Shown here piece by piece: positions 21,000 to 30,248 of a stretch of 64,000 nt of DNA. The notes beneath the pieces were generated by a model. It was not told where the DNA came from and ran no database searches. It worked only from the letters and a program-made list of their open reading frames with translations. Source of the stretch: Candidatus Micrarchaeota archaeon (GTDB taxonomy: Archaea; Micrarchaeota; Micrarchaeia; Norongarragalinales; Norongarragalinaceae); contig JACQQD010000005.1 of the NCBI GenBank assembly GCA_016207165.1, positions 140,088 to 204,087 of the forward strand, read 5' to 3'. The translations under genes and the position numbers were made by a program. Position 1 is the first letter of the stretch, and each line of letters opens with the position of its first letter.

Positions 21000-21143
21000 G
21001 AAAACCTTTAAAAGAGGTTGAAACACCACTTTAGATACGTCAGCTGACAGGCTTACCATGGCTGCTTTTGCGTGGATTTGAACCGCTTTTCAGGCGCTTA
21101 ATTCCGCGGTTGGAAACAATTTGTTTAAATGGAGGAATGAAGA

Positions 21144-22415
21144 ATGGCTGCGAAACCACACTTGAACTTGATTTTTGCGGGTCACGTCGACCACGGCAAA
21201 TCCACGCTGGTCGGCCGCGTGCTTTACGACACCGGCGCGTTAAGCGAAAACGACTTGCGCAAGCTCAAGGAAGAGGCGGCCAAAGTCGGCAAACAAACGT
21301 TTGAATTCGCGTTCGCCATGGACTCCCTGAAAGAGGAACGCGAGCGCGGCGTGACCATCGACATTGCGCACAAGGACTTCAACACGCAGAAGTATTACTT
21401 CACCATCATTGACGCGCCCGGCCACAAAGACTTCGTCAAGAACATGATTACCGGCGCGTCGCAGGCCGACGCCGCCGTTTTGGTTTGTAGCGCAAAAGAA
21501 GGCGTGCAGGCGCAGACCATCGAGCACGCCTTTTTGTTGAAAGTGTTGGGCGTGGGACAGTTCATCGTCGCCATCAACAAGATGGATTCCGTGAACTACG
21601 ACCAAGCCAAATACAAGGAAACCGTGGACGCGCTGACGGCCAAAATCAAGCCCATGGGTTACCCCGTGGACAAAATCTCGTTCATCCCCACGTCGGCGTA
21701 CATGGGCGACAACATCGCCAAGAAATCCGCCAAGACGCCGTGGTACAACGGCCCCTGCCTCGTGGAGGCCTTTGACAACCTCATTGAACCCAAAAAGCCG
21801 TTGGACAAGCCGCTGCGCTTGCCCATCCAGGAAGTCTTCACCATCACGGGCCAGGGAACGGTTCCGGTGGGCCGCGTGGAAGCCGGCGTCATGAAGCCGG
21901 GCCAAGCCATCATCATCATGCCGGAAGGCGTGGCGGGCGAAGTCAAGAGCATTGAAATGCACCACCAGCAACTCGCTGAGGCTGTACCCGGTGACAACGT
22001 CGGCTTTGCGCTTAAAAACGTGGACAAGAAAGCCATCAAGCGGGGAAGCGTGGTCGGCGACCCCGCCAAGCCGCCGACGGTGGCCGAGGAATTCAAGGCC
22101 CAAATCGTTGTGCTGAACCACCCCACCGCCATCGGCAAAAACTACACGCCCGTCTTCCACTTGCACACCGCCCAGTTGGCGTGCACGATCACGGAAATTT
22201 TGGAAAAGAAGGACCCCAAGACGGGCCAGACGGCGCAAGCCAACCCCGACTTTTTGAAGACCGGTGACGTGGCGATCGTCAAGATCAAGCCGACCCGTCC
22301 TGTTGTCGCGGAGAAATACCAGGACTTTCCGGCGTTGGGCCGGTTTGCCATGCGCGACATGGGCCAGACGGTGGCCGCCGGCGTGATTTTGGAAGTCACG
22401 CCGCGCAAGGCTTAA
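21144..22415 (+). CDS. tuf: elongation factor EF-1 alpha
   Basis: [36 protein letters not shown]. Confidence 0.98.
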   Translation: MAAKPHLNLIFAGHVDHGKSTLVGRVLYDTGALSENDLRKLKEEAAKVGKQTFEFAFAMDSLKEERERGVTIDIAHKDFNTQKYYFTIIDAPGHKDFVKNMITGASQADAAVLVCSAKEGVQAQTIEHAFLLKVLGVGQFIVAINKMDSVNYDQAKYKETVDALTAKIKPMGYPVDKISFIPTSAYMGDNIAKKSAKTPWYNGPCLVEAFDNLIEPKKPLDKPLRLPIQEVFTITGQGTVPVGRVEAGVMKPGQAIIIMPEGVAGEVKSIEMHHQQLAEAVPGDNVGFALKNVDKKAIKRGSVVGDPAKPPTVAEEFKAQIVVLNHPTAIGKNYTPVFHLHTAQLACTITEILEKKDPKTGQTAQANPDFLKTGDVAIVKIKPTRPVVAEKYQDFPALGRFAMRDMGQTVAAGVILEVTPRKA

Positions 22416-22482
22416 AAGCGGTTGACGGCACTCTAGGGGATACTCCCCATTTACATTTTATTTTTTCAAAGGGTTTTTTTTC

Positions 22483-22788
22483 ATGACGAAGGCGCGCATC
22501 AAGCTGGAAAGCAAGGACGTCAAGGAGCTAGACGAAGTCTGCGTCAGCATCAAGGACATTTCCAGCAAGGCGGGACTTCCCATGAAGGGACCCGTTCCGT
22601 TACCGACCAAGAGGCTCCGCATTTCCACGCGGAAAACCCCGTGCGGCGACGGAACGGACACGTACGAAAAATGGGAGTTGCGCGTCCACAAGCGCTTGAT
22701 TGAAGTGGACGCCAACGACCGCGTCCTAAGAGAAATCATGCGCATCAAAATCCCTTCTTCAGTCAACGTCGAAATGACGTTGGGCTGA
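22483..22788 (+). CDS. rps10: 30S ribosomal protein S10 (uS10)
   Basis: KGPVPLPTKRL...RKTPCGDG...WELRVHKRLI. Confidence 0.97.
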   Translation: MTKARIKLESKDVKELDEVCVSIKDISSKAGLPMKGPVPLPTKRLRISTRKTPCGDGTDTYEKWELRVHKRLIEVDANDRVLREIMRIKIPSSVNVEMTLG

Positions 22789-22826
22789 TTTTTTCACTTC
22801 GCAAGAAAGCAAGCAAACTCGTTTTA

Positions 22827-22901
22827 TAGCAAACCCCGCAAATTTCACGACGAATAGGCGGGGTTTGCTAGACAGTAAACCACGATTTCGTGGTTCACTG
22901 T
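22827..22901. terminator. two adjacent hairpins between convergent genes
   Basis: Perfect 13-bp IR TAGCAAACCCCGC/GCGGGGTTTGCTA (22827-22870), then ACAGT-AAACCACGA/TCGTGGTT-CACTGT. Confidence 0.5.
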
Positions 22902-22903
22902 AT

Positions 22904-23851
22904 CTAACTGCTTCCGTTCCGCTTTTTCCTCTCGCGCGTCAATTTTTTGAATGTTCCTTCGGTCACGGGGACGTCGGGAACAGGAGGCTTCTTTGAGGCG
23001 TCACTCATTTTCCTCCGTGGCAGCCGGGGCAGTTTGAACAGTCCGGCGGCGTTTTGTATGACGACGTCGCTTTCGTGTTCGGATATCTTTCCCGAAAGAA
23101 GCACTTTGACCCCCCGTCGGTATTCCTCCTGCTCGGTTTTCGTTTTTTGTACGTACCTTTCAGGTTCCCGGTGCACGAGGTAATGGTGGATGAATGCATC
23201 CAGTTCCTCGGGCCTTCGAATCATTTCCTCATGATGGGCGTCTCCGATGAACGCAAGCAAGTCATACAGCGAGGCTTGGTGACTCAATTCGCGACGGCTC
23301 CTCGTGCTCTTGGCTACATCCATGAAGATCAATGGATCGTTGGGCTGGTCCTGCGTGTACAATATGTTCTTGAGTTTCAAGTCATTGTGCGCCACGCTCT
23401 GTCGGTGAAGCAAGCCAATGCCCCGCGCGCACTCGCGCAACAATTTCAAGCGTTCCCCATTTCCCAAGGATCTAAAGTTGATGTTCTTCAATGGAATGGC
23501 GTTGTCCTCAAACAAGGTATACAAGTGGCCTGTGCCGTCCCCGTGGTCCACGTACCCCACCGGCGTCACGGAACGGACGCCCTCTAAGTCCTCATACATC
23601 CTATAGTTTCCAAATTCACGCCGCACGGAAGCCTCGGTTCCCGACTTGACGACGATCTGCGTCGGCGTCTCCTGGCTTCGTCGTTCATCGGGGTTATTCA
23701 CCGTGGTACGCAGTACTTCGGCATTGCTTTTCCCCGCCAATCGGATTTCCTCCCGTTGGCGGTCCCAAGCCTGTCGCATCAAGTTCTCGTATTCGGGACG
23801 GTAGTATAGAATCCATTTTCCCCCTTTGACGCAACGCACTCGTTCTGTCAT
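22904..23851 (-). CDS. protein kinase-like protein (Kdo/WaaP/Bud32/RIO-like)
   Basis: IVVK lysine, RREF helix-C Glu, catalytic HNDLKLKNIL, FMDV. Confidence 0.75.
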   Translation of the reverse strand: MTERVRCVKGGKWILYYRPEYENLMRQAWDRQREEIRLAGKSNAEVLRTTVNNPDERRSQETPTQIVVKSGTEASVRREFGNYRMYEDLEGVRSVTPVGYVDHGDGTGHLYTLFEDNAIPLKNINFRSLGNGERLKLLRECARGIGLLHRQSVAHNDLKLKNILYTQDQPNDPLIFMDVAKSTRSRRELSHQASLYDLLAFIGDAHHEEMIRRPEELDAFIHHYLVHREPERYVQKTKTEQEEYRRGVKVLLSGKISEHESDVVIQNAAGLFKLPRLPRRKMSDASKKPPVPDVPVTEGTFKKLTRERKKRNGSS

Positions 23852-23902
23852 GATCCAGTGCTCTTTAGTCGCTTGGCTTAATATTGCCGCAGGTATTCCC
23901 GG

Positions 23903-24661
23903 TCACCAAAGCGGTAGCGCGTCACGTGTTTCCCGGACTTTCTTTAACTCAATGTCGGCGTAGCCGATGCCCTCGGATTTTCCGTCCAACTCCACCAATG
24001 CCGTGCCCCACGGGTCAATGACGGCCGAGAATCCCGCCATCGCCATGTCGTCTGTTCCAACTCGGTCGCATCCAACGGCAAAGCACTGGTTTTCAATTGC
24101 CCTTGCCCGAAGTAGGGCCCTCCAGTGCTCGGCCCGCGGCTTTCCCCACGCCGTCGGGTAAAAAAGAATTTCCGCGCCCTTTTCCGCCAAGTCCCGCGCT
24201 TGGTTGGGGTACCGCAAGTCAAAGCATATCTGCAAGCCGAATCGGCCGTACTTGGTCCGGATCACGTCCGCCCCGTCGCCCTTCAAGAACACGTCGTTTT
24301 CATCCACGGGCTTTCCGGGAAACAACTGGTTCTTGCGGTACTTTCCTGGAACCCGCCCGTTTTCGTCGACCACGTACGCGGAGTTATAGATGCCTTCCGG
24401 GGTTTTCTCGGGCAGTCCCGCCACAATGACTACGTCCAAGGCTTTCGCGGTCTCCTGCAAGGCGTTCAGGGGTTCGTCGGACACCTTGGACTTTAGATCC
24501 CGCAAATAGTACCCGGTGGAGAAAAGTTCCGGCAAACACGCCACGTGGGCCCCGTTTTCCGCGGCTTGCTGGACTCTTTTCAAGCCCTTTTCCACGTTCT
24601 TGGCGACTTCGGCAACGCAATGCATTTGGATGACGGCGACTTTGAAGTTTACTTGACCCAC
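23903..24661 (-). CDS. carbon-nitrogen hydrolase (nitrilase family, omega-amidase-like)
   Basis: E-K-C triad: LPELF, YRK, ICFDLRYP; RAIENQ. Confidence 0.9.
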   Translation of the reverse strand: MGQVNFKVAVIQMHCVAEVAKNVEKGLKRVQQAAENGAHVACLPELFSTGYYLRDLKSKVSDEPLNALQETAKALDVVIVAGLPEKTPEGIYNSAYVVDENGRVPGKYRKNQLFPGKPVDENDVFLKGDGADVIRTKYGRFGLQICFDLRYPNQARDLAEKGAEILFYPTAWGKPRAEHWRALLRARAIENQCFAVGCDRVGTDDMAMAGFSAVIDPWGTALVELDGKSEGIGYADIELKKVRETRDALPLW

Positions 24662-25566
24662 GTCAGCCACGACTCGTACTTCTTGGTTTTGCCGCGCACC
24701 GCGTCGGCGTACGCGGACTGGATTTTTCCGGTGACGGGCCCGCGTTTCCCGGAGCCGATGTTTCGCCCGTCAATTTCGCGGACTCCCACGACTTCCGCGG
24801 CCGTTCCCGTGAAGAACACTTCTTCCGCGCCATACAGTTGGTCGCGCGTCACGTGTTCTTCCCGGACTTCAAATCCCAAGTCCCGGGCCACCGTGATGAC
24901 GGATTCGCGCGTGATGCCTTCTAGAATGGTTTCCTTGGGCGGCGTGTACACGATTTGGTTTTGGACTAAAAAAATGTTTTCCCCGGATCCCTCCGATACG
25001 CGGCCCAACGCATCCAGCATGATGGCTTCCTCGCATCCGGCGTCCTCGGCTTCCTGCTTGGCCAAAATCGAGTTGACGTAGTTGCCCGCGATTTTCGCCT
25101 TGGTCATGACGGAGTTTTGGTGCGGGCGAATGAACGACGAAACTTTGGCTTTCACTCCCTTTTTCACGCTTTCCTGACCCAAGTAGTCCTTCCACGCCCA
25201 CACAGCGACAATCACGTGCACCGGCGTTTTTCGGTGAGTCAAGTTGAATCCGCCTTCGCCCCCGAAAATCAGCGGTCTGACGTAACACTCCTTCAATTCG
25301 TTGTCCTTGACCGTTTCAAGCACCGCGCCGCACATTTGCTTGACGGAGTACGGCATGTTCATGCCGAAAATGCGGATGGATTGGTCAAACCGCTGCATGT
25401 GGTCTTCCAAGCGGAAAACCGCGGACCCGTTCGGGGTGTCGTAGCACCGGACGCCTTCAAAAACAGCGGAACCGTAGTGCAATCCTTGGACCAAGACGTG
25501 CGTGGTCGCCTTTCCCCATTCAACGAGTTTCCCGTCCATCCAAATGCTCTTGGTTTTCTCAGGCAT
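24649..25566 (-). CDS. ilvE: branched-chain amino acid aminotransferase
   Basis: LHYGSAVFEG, YVRP, AKIAGNY, EGSGEN, ILEGITR, TGTAAE. Confidence 0.96.
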   Translation of the reverse strand: MPEKTKSIWMDGKLVEWGKATTHVLVQGLHYGSAVFEGVRCYDTPNGSAVFRLEDHMQRFDQSIRIFGMNMPYSVKQMCGAVLETVKDNELKECYVRPLIFGGEGGFNLTHRKTPVHVIVAVWAWKDYLGQESVKKGVKAKVSSFIRPHQNSVMTKAKIAGNYVNSILAKQEAEDAGCEEAIMLDALGRVSEGSGENIFLVQNQIVYTPPKETILEGITRESVITVARDLGFEVREEHVTRDQLYGAEEVFFTGTAAEVVGVREIDGRNIGSGKRGPVTGKIQSAYADAVRGKTKKYESWLTWVK

Positions 25567-25572
25567 ACCGCT

Positions 25573-27255
25573 TTACTCCATCATTGCGCCAAAACACGCT
25601 TCGGTGGCGTGTTTGGCGTACTTGGACAGGATGCCGGACGCATAAAGCGGTTGGGGTGCCGTCCATTTTTTTTTCCGCGCCCCAAGAATGCTCTCCTCCA
25701 CGTGCAGGTCGAGGGTTTTGGCTTTCAAGTCCAGCGTGATTTCGTCTCCGTCCACCACCAACGCAATGGATCCCCCGTTTTGCGCTTCTGGACAGACGTG
25801 GCATACCCCCATGCGCGTTCCGCCGGAAAAGCGTCCATCGGTGACCACCAACACTTTTTCATGCAGGCCCCGGCCCGCCAAGGCGGCCGTCACGGACAAT
25901 TGTTCCCGCATGCCGGGCCCGCCGCGGGGGCCCTCGTACCTCGTAACCATGACGTCGCCTTCCTTGACTTTTCCGTCCATGACGGCTTTCATGGCTTGCT
26001 CCTCTTTTTCAAACACGCGCGCCGGGCCCGTGAAGGTTTCATGCGGCCACGAACCGATCTTGAACACGGCGCCCAAGGGCGCCAAGTTACCGTAGACCAC
26101 CCGGAAGTGCCCCCTGGGTTTGATGGGCTCGTCCAAGGGCCGGATGACTTCCTGGCCGTGCGTTAACTTGGGCGCGCGTTCCAGGTTTTCTTCCAGCGTC
26201 TTTCCCGTCACGGTCAACGCGTCTTTGTGAAGCCATTCTGCTTCCAACATCAACTTCATTACCGCTTGAACGCCCCCGACGCGGTGCAAGTCCGCCATGA
26301 CGAACCGTCCCGACGGCTTGAGGTCCGCCAACGTCGGCGTCCTTTCGCGGATGCGCTCGAAATCCGACAACGACAAGTTCACGCCCGCGCGCTTTGCAAT
26401 GGCCGGCAAATGCAGGAATGCGTTGGTGGACCCGGCCAACACCGTCATCACCGCAATCGCGTTTTCAAACGCCTTTTTCGTCAAGATGTCCTTTGGGCGG
26501 ATGCCTTGCTCCAAAAGCCGGGTGACGGCCACGGCGGATTCGTACGCCTCGACTTTCTTTCGCGGATCCACCGCCGGCGTGGACGCGCTTCCGGGCAGAC
26601 TCATGCCCAACGCTTCGGTGCAGGACGCCATGGTGTTGGCCGTGTACATGCCGCCGCACGCCCCCGCACTCGGACACGCCTCGCACTCCATTTCCACCAG
26701 TTCGCCTTCCCTGATTTTTCCGAGGGCCACTTGCCCCACGCCTTCAAACATGGACACGATGTCAACGGGTTTTCCCTTGTGGTGACCGGGTTCGATGGTG
26801 CCGCCGTACAAATAGACGGCCGGCATGTTCAGCGTCGCCATGGCCATGAGCATGCCGGGCGTCGTCTTGTCGCACCCGCCGATGCCGACGAAACAATCCG
26901 CCCCAACGCTTTTGGCGGAGACTTCCGCCGAATCCGCGATCACGTCGCGGCTGGGAAGCGAGAACTTCATGACTTCGTTTCCCATCGCCGTGCCGTCGGT
27001 GACCATGGCCGTGCGCGCGCGGTGCACCACCCAGCCTTTGTCCGCGAAGGCTTTCGCCGCGGACTCCGCCAACTCCCCCAGATGCATGTTGCACGTGGTT
27101 GACGCGTTGTGCGCGTCCACGACGATGCCAAACGGTTTTGCCAGCTGATCGCCGCTGAACCCGGCTCCCCGCATCATGGCTCGGCCCGGCGCCCGCTCTA
27201 AGCCCTCGGTTAATTTCGCGCTTTCGTGTTTCAACGCCAACGCCATCGTTTTCAC
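25573..27255 (-). CDS. ilvD: dihydroxy-acid dehydratase
   Basis: CNMHL, GCDKTTPG, GACGGMYTANTM, GPGMRE, TDGRFSGG. Confidence 0.97.
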   Translation of the reverse strand: MKTMALALKHESAKLTEGLERAPGRAMMRGAGFSGDQLAKPFGIVVDAHNASTTCNMHLGELAESAAKAFADKGWVVHRARTAMVTDGTAMGNEVMKFSLPSRDVIADSAEVSAKSVGADCFVGIGGCDKTTPGMLMAMATLNMPAVYLYGGTIEPGHHKGKPVDIVSMFEGVGQVALGKIREGELVEMECEACPSAGACGGMYTANTMASCTEALGMSLPGSASTPAVDPRKKVEAYESAVAVTRLLEQGIRPKDILTKKAFENAIAVMTVLAGSTNAFLHLPAIAKRAGVNLSLSDFERIRERTPTLADLKPSGRFVMADLHRVGGVQAVMKLMLEAEWLHKDALTVTGKTLEENLERAPKLTHGQEVIRPLDEPIKPRGHFRVVYGNLAPLGAVFKIGSWPHETFTGPARVFEKEEQAMKAVMDGKVKEGDVMVTRYEGPRGGPGMREQLSVTAALAGRGLHEKVLVVTDGRFSGGTRMGVCHVCPEAQNGGSIALVVDGDEITLDLKAKTLDLHVEESILGARKKKWTAPQPLYASGILSKYAKHATEACFGAMME

Positions 27256-28259
27256 CGCACCATGTTCCGCCGGATGGTGGACCCGACGATTTCAATGGGG
27301 TGCTTTTGGCCTTCTTCCTTTAAGGCGTTGAACTTCGTCATGCCGGCGCGGTACTCCGCCACCCACTCTTTCGCGAATTCGCCGTTCTCGATGGCATCCA
27401 GTAAGTCGTTCATGGCTTGCCTGGTTTGGGGGGTGACCAAGGCCTTGCCGCGCGTGCGGCCGCCGTAGCGAGCCGTCTCGGACACCCGCTCCCACATGTT
27501 CTCAATGCCTCCCTCCTGGATGAGGTCCACGATGAGTTTGAGTTCGTGCAACACTTCAAAGTACGCCATTTCAGGAGGATAGCCTCTGGCCACCAACGTG
27601 TCAAAGCCGGCCTTGATCAACTCGGTTGTGCCGCCGCAAAGCACCGCCTGTTCGCCGAACAAGTCGGAATGCGTTTCCTGGTCAAAAAAGCATTCAAACG
27701 CGCCGGCACGGGTTAACTTCATGGCTTTCGCGAGCGTCAACGCTTTTTGCAACGCGTGGCCGGACGCGTCCTGCGCCACGGAGACCAGGCACGGAATCGG
27801 CGAGGTGGCGGGGTTCTTAAAATCCGTTAAGTGCAGAAACGCTTGGCGGACTTTGGCGCCTGGCGCCTTGGGGGCCACCATGATGACATCCACTCCGGGA
27901 GGCGGTTGAATTAGTTTGTACGTGACGGCAAAGCCGTGGGAAAAGTACAGCGTCTTTCCTTCCCTCAAATTGGGTTTTACGTGTTGCGCGTAAATTTGGG
28001 GGTGCGTCATGTCCGGCGTCAGCATGCAAATCACGTCCCCCCGTTGGCATGCCTCGGCCACCGTCATGACGTTCATGCCGTCTTGCTTGGCTTGATTCCA
28101 GCTTTTGCCTTCCGGCCGCAAGCCCACCACCACGCGATAGCCCGCATCTTTGAAGCACTGGGCCTGAGCAGCGCCTTGAATGCCGTAACCCAAGACGGCG
28201 ATGGTCTTCGCCTTGAGCTCCGCGTCATCGGTGATGTCCGCGTCGTAGTAGATCTTCAT
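27252..28259 (-). CDS. ilvC: ketol-acid reductoisomerase
   Basis: GYGIQG, FSHGF, APKAPG, DLFGEQAVLCGG. Confidence 0.97.
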   Translation of the reverse strand: MKIYYDADITDDAELKAKTIAVLGYGIQGAAQAQCFKDAGYRVVVGLRPEGKSWNQAKQDGMNVMTVAEACQRGDVICMLTPDMTHPQIYAQHVKPNLREGKTLYFSHGFAVTYKLIQPPPGVDVIMVAPKAPGAKVRQAFLHLTDFKNPATSPIPCLVSVAQDASGHALQKALTLAKAMKLTRAGAFECFFDQETHSDLFGEQAVLCGGTTELIKAGFDTLVARGYPPEMAYFEVLHELKLIVDLIQEGGIENMWERVSETARYGGRTRGKALVTPQTRQAMNDLLDAIENGEFAKEWVAEYRAGMTKFNALKEEGQKHPIEIVGSTIRRNMVR

Positions 28260-28278
28260 TTCAAATCCCTCGTTTTCG

Positions 28279-28527
28279 TCATGGAACCAAGTCCAACAGT
28301 TTCTCGATTTGCCGCTCGATGTGTTCGCGCATGCGCTCGTCGGCCTCGAACGACACCTGCACTTCCGTCAACCCATTGGGCCGGCCGTTGAAGTAAAACT
28401 GCGTCAAGTACAGCCCCCTCCGCGAGAAAATGCCGGTGATGCGCTGGAGCACTCCGTGGTTGTTCTGTACGTGGAAGACCAAGGTATGCATCCTCCTGGA
28501 TTCCAGTTGAACGGTTTGCATTCTCAT
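28279..28527 (-). CDS. ilvN: acetolactate synthase small regulatory subunit (single ACT)
   Basis: VQNNHGVLQRITGIFSRRG...QIEKLLD. Confidence 0.85.
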   Translation of the reverse strand: MRMQTVQLESRRMHTLVFHVQNNHGVLQRITGIFSRRGLYLTQFYFNGRPNGLTEVQVSFEADERMREHIERQIEKLLDLVP

Positions 28528-28532
28528 GGCCT

Positions 28533-30248
28533 CTATCTCACCCCAAAATAGTTTCTTTCCACGGTCGGACACGATTGCCCCAGCGCCATCTCCGTGTTGC
28601 TTCCAAGTGGAGGCACCAGAGGCATGCCCGCGTCGGAGGAATCCGTGATCACGTCCAGCAAAAACAATTCCTCGCTTCGGGCCGCCTCCTTGATGGCGTC
28701 CCCCAATTCGGACGGCCGCGTCACGCGCAACGCCCTGCCTCCAAACGATTCCGTGAGCTTGACCCAGTCCGGCACGTCGCCGAGTTTGGAAGCAATGTAC
28801 CGGCCGTCATAGAACAGCTTCTGCCACTGCTTGACAATCGCGTACCAGCCGTTGTTCAAGTTGCACACGCTCACCGGCAACTTTTCCGTGACGGCCGTCG
28901 CCATTTCCTGGCACACCATCACGAGGCTGCCTTCGCTGCCCACGTCGATTACGGGCTGTTCGGGCTTGGCGGCCTTGGCTCCAATGGCCGCCGGCAAGCC
29001 AAACCCCATGGTGCCCGCTCCCGCGCTGGTGATAAAGTGGCGGGGTTTCCGGGATTTGAAAAAGTGCGTGGCGTACATCTGGTGGTGGCCCACTTCCGTG
29101 CACACGATCGCATTTTCGGGTAAATGCCGGTTAAGCTCATGGATGACGCGCTCGGCGCGAATGGGCACTTCGTCGCGCGCGATGTCGCAAGAACACTGGC
29201 GGTCCAGTTCCTTTACTTTCTCCCGCCACGCCTTGCTTCGGTCCGAGCGCTGGGCGGCCAAAACGTGGCGCAACAACTCCTTCAAACCCGGTTTGGCGTC
29301 CGCGGCAATGGCCAAAAACGCGTCGACGTTCTTGTTGAATTCCGACGGGTCGATGTCCACGTGAATGACTTTTGCATGGGGAGCAAACGACTCGATGCGG
29401 CCGGTGATGCGATCGGAAAACCGCGTGCCTACGGCCAGCAATACGTCGCAGTTGGCAATGGCGTGGTTGGTCACCTGCCTTCCGTGCATGCCCAGTTGTC
29501 CCAAGCAAAGCGGGTGGTCGCCGGGAATCACCCCCTTGGCGGTGATGGTCGTGGCGGCAAAACACATGAGCGCTTCAGCCAATGCCGTGAACTCCGCGCC
29601 CGCGTTGGCAATGGTCACGCCGCCGCCGGCCAACATCATGGGCCGCTCCGCCTCCAATAGCATCAACGCGGCTTGGCGGATTTTGTCCTGGTTGGGTTCG
29701 GATGGCACGTAGTAATTTAACGCCAGTTCCCGGTCACCCCATTCCGTGACGGGTGCCGTCAGCGCGTCTTTCGTCATTTCAATGGCTACGGGCCCCGGCC
29801 TTCCGGTGTTGGCGATGCGGTACGCGCTTTTCACCACCGATGGAAACTGGCTGGCTTGCATCACTTTGAAGCTGTGCTTGGTCAAAGGCAACGTCATGGA
29901 AAACACGTCGGTTTCCTGGAACGCGTCTTTCCCCAGCAATTGCGACGGCACCTGGCCCATCAAGGCGATGATGTTCGTGGAATCCATGTACGCGTCGGCA
30001 ATGCCGGTCACCAAGTTGGTGGCTCCCGGCCCGCTGGTGCCGATGCAGACGCCCGTTTGGCCGGATGCCCGCGCAAAGCCTTGGGCGGCGTGGACCGCCC
30101 CCTGTTCGTGGCGGGTAAACACGTGCCGCACGTCGGACTGCTGCGAAAGCGCGTCGTACAACGGCAAAACGGCTCCGCCGGGAATCCCAAAAAGGGTCTT
30201 CTGGCCCTGAGCCCGCATGGATTCAATGAGTGCCTGGGACCCGTTCAT
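28533..30248 (-). CDS. ilvB: acetolactate synthase large subunit
   Basis: FGIPGG, RHEQGA, TSGPGATN, GTMGFGLPAAIGA. Confidence 0.96.
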   Translation of the reverse strand: MNGSQALIESMRAQGQKTLFGIPGGAVLPLYDALSQQSDVRHVFTRHEQGAVHAAQGFARASGQTGVCIGTSGPGATNLVTGIADAYMDSTNIIALMGQVPSQLLGKDAFQETDVFSMTLPLTKHSFKVMQASQFPSVVKSAYRIANTGRPGPVAIEMTKDALTAPVTEWGDRELALNYYVPSEPNQDKIRQAALMLLEAERPMMLAGGGVTIANAGAEFTALAEALMCFAATTITAKGVIPGDHPLCLGQLGMHGRQVTNHAIANCDVLLAVGTRFSDRITGRIESFAPHAKVIHVDIDPSEFNKNVDAFLAIAADAKPGLKELLRHVLAAQRSDRSKAWREKVKELDRQCSCDIARDEVPIRAERVIHELNRHLPENAIVCTEVGHHQMYATHFFKSRKPRHFITSAGAGTMGFGLPAAIGAKAAKPEQPVIDVGSEGSLVMVCQEMATAVTEKLPVSVCNLNNGWYAIVKQWQKLFYDGRYIASKLGDVPDWVKLTESFGGRALRVTRPSELGDAIKEAARSEELFLLDVITDSSDAGMPLVPPLGSNTEMALGQSCPTVERNYFGVR

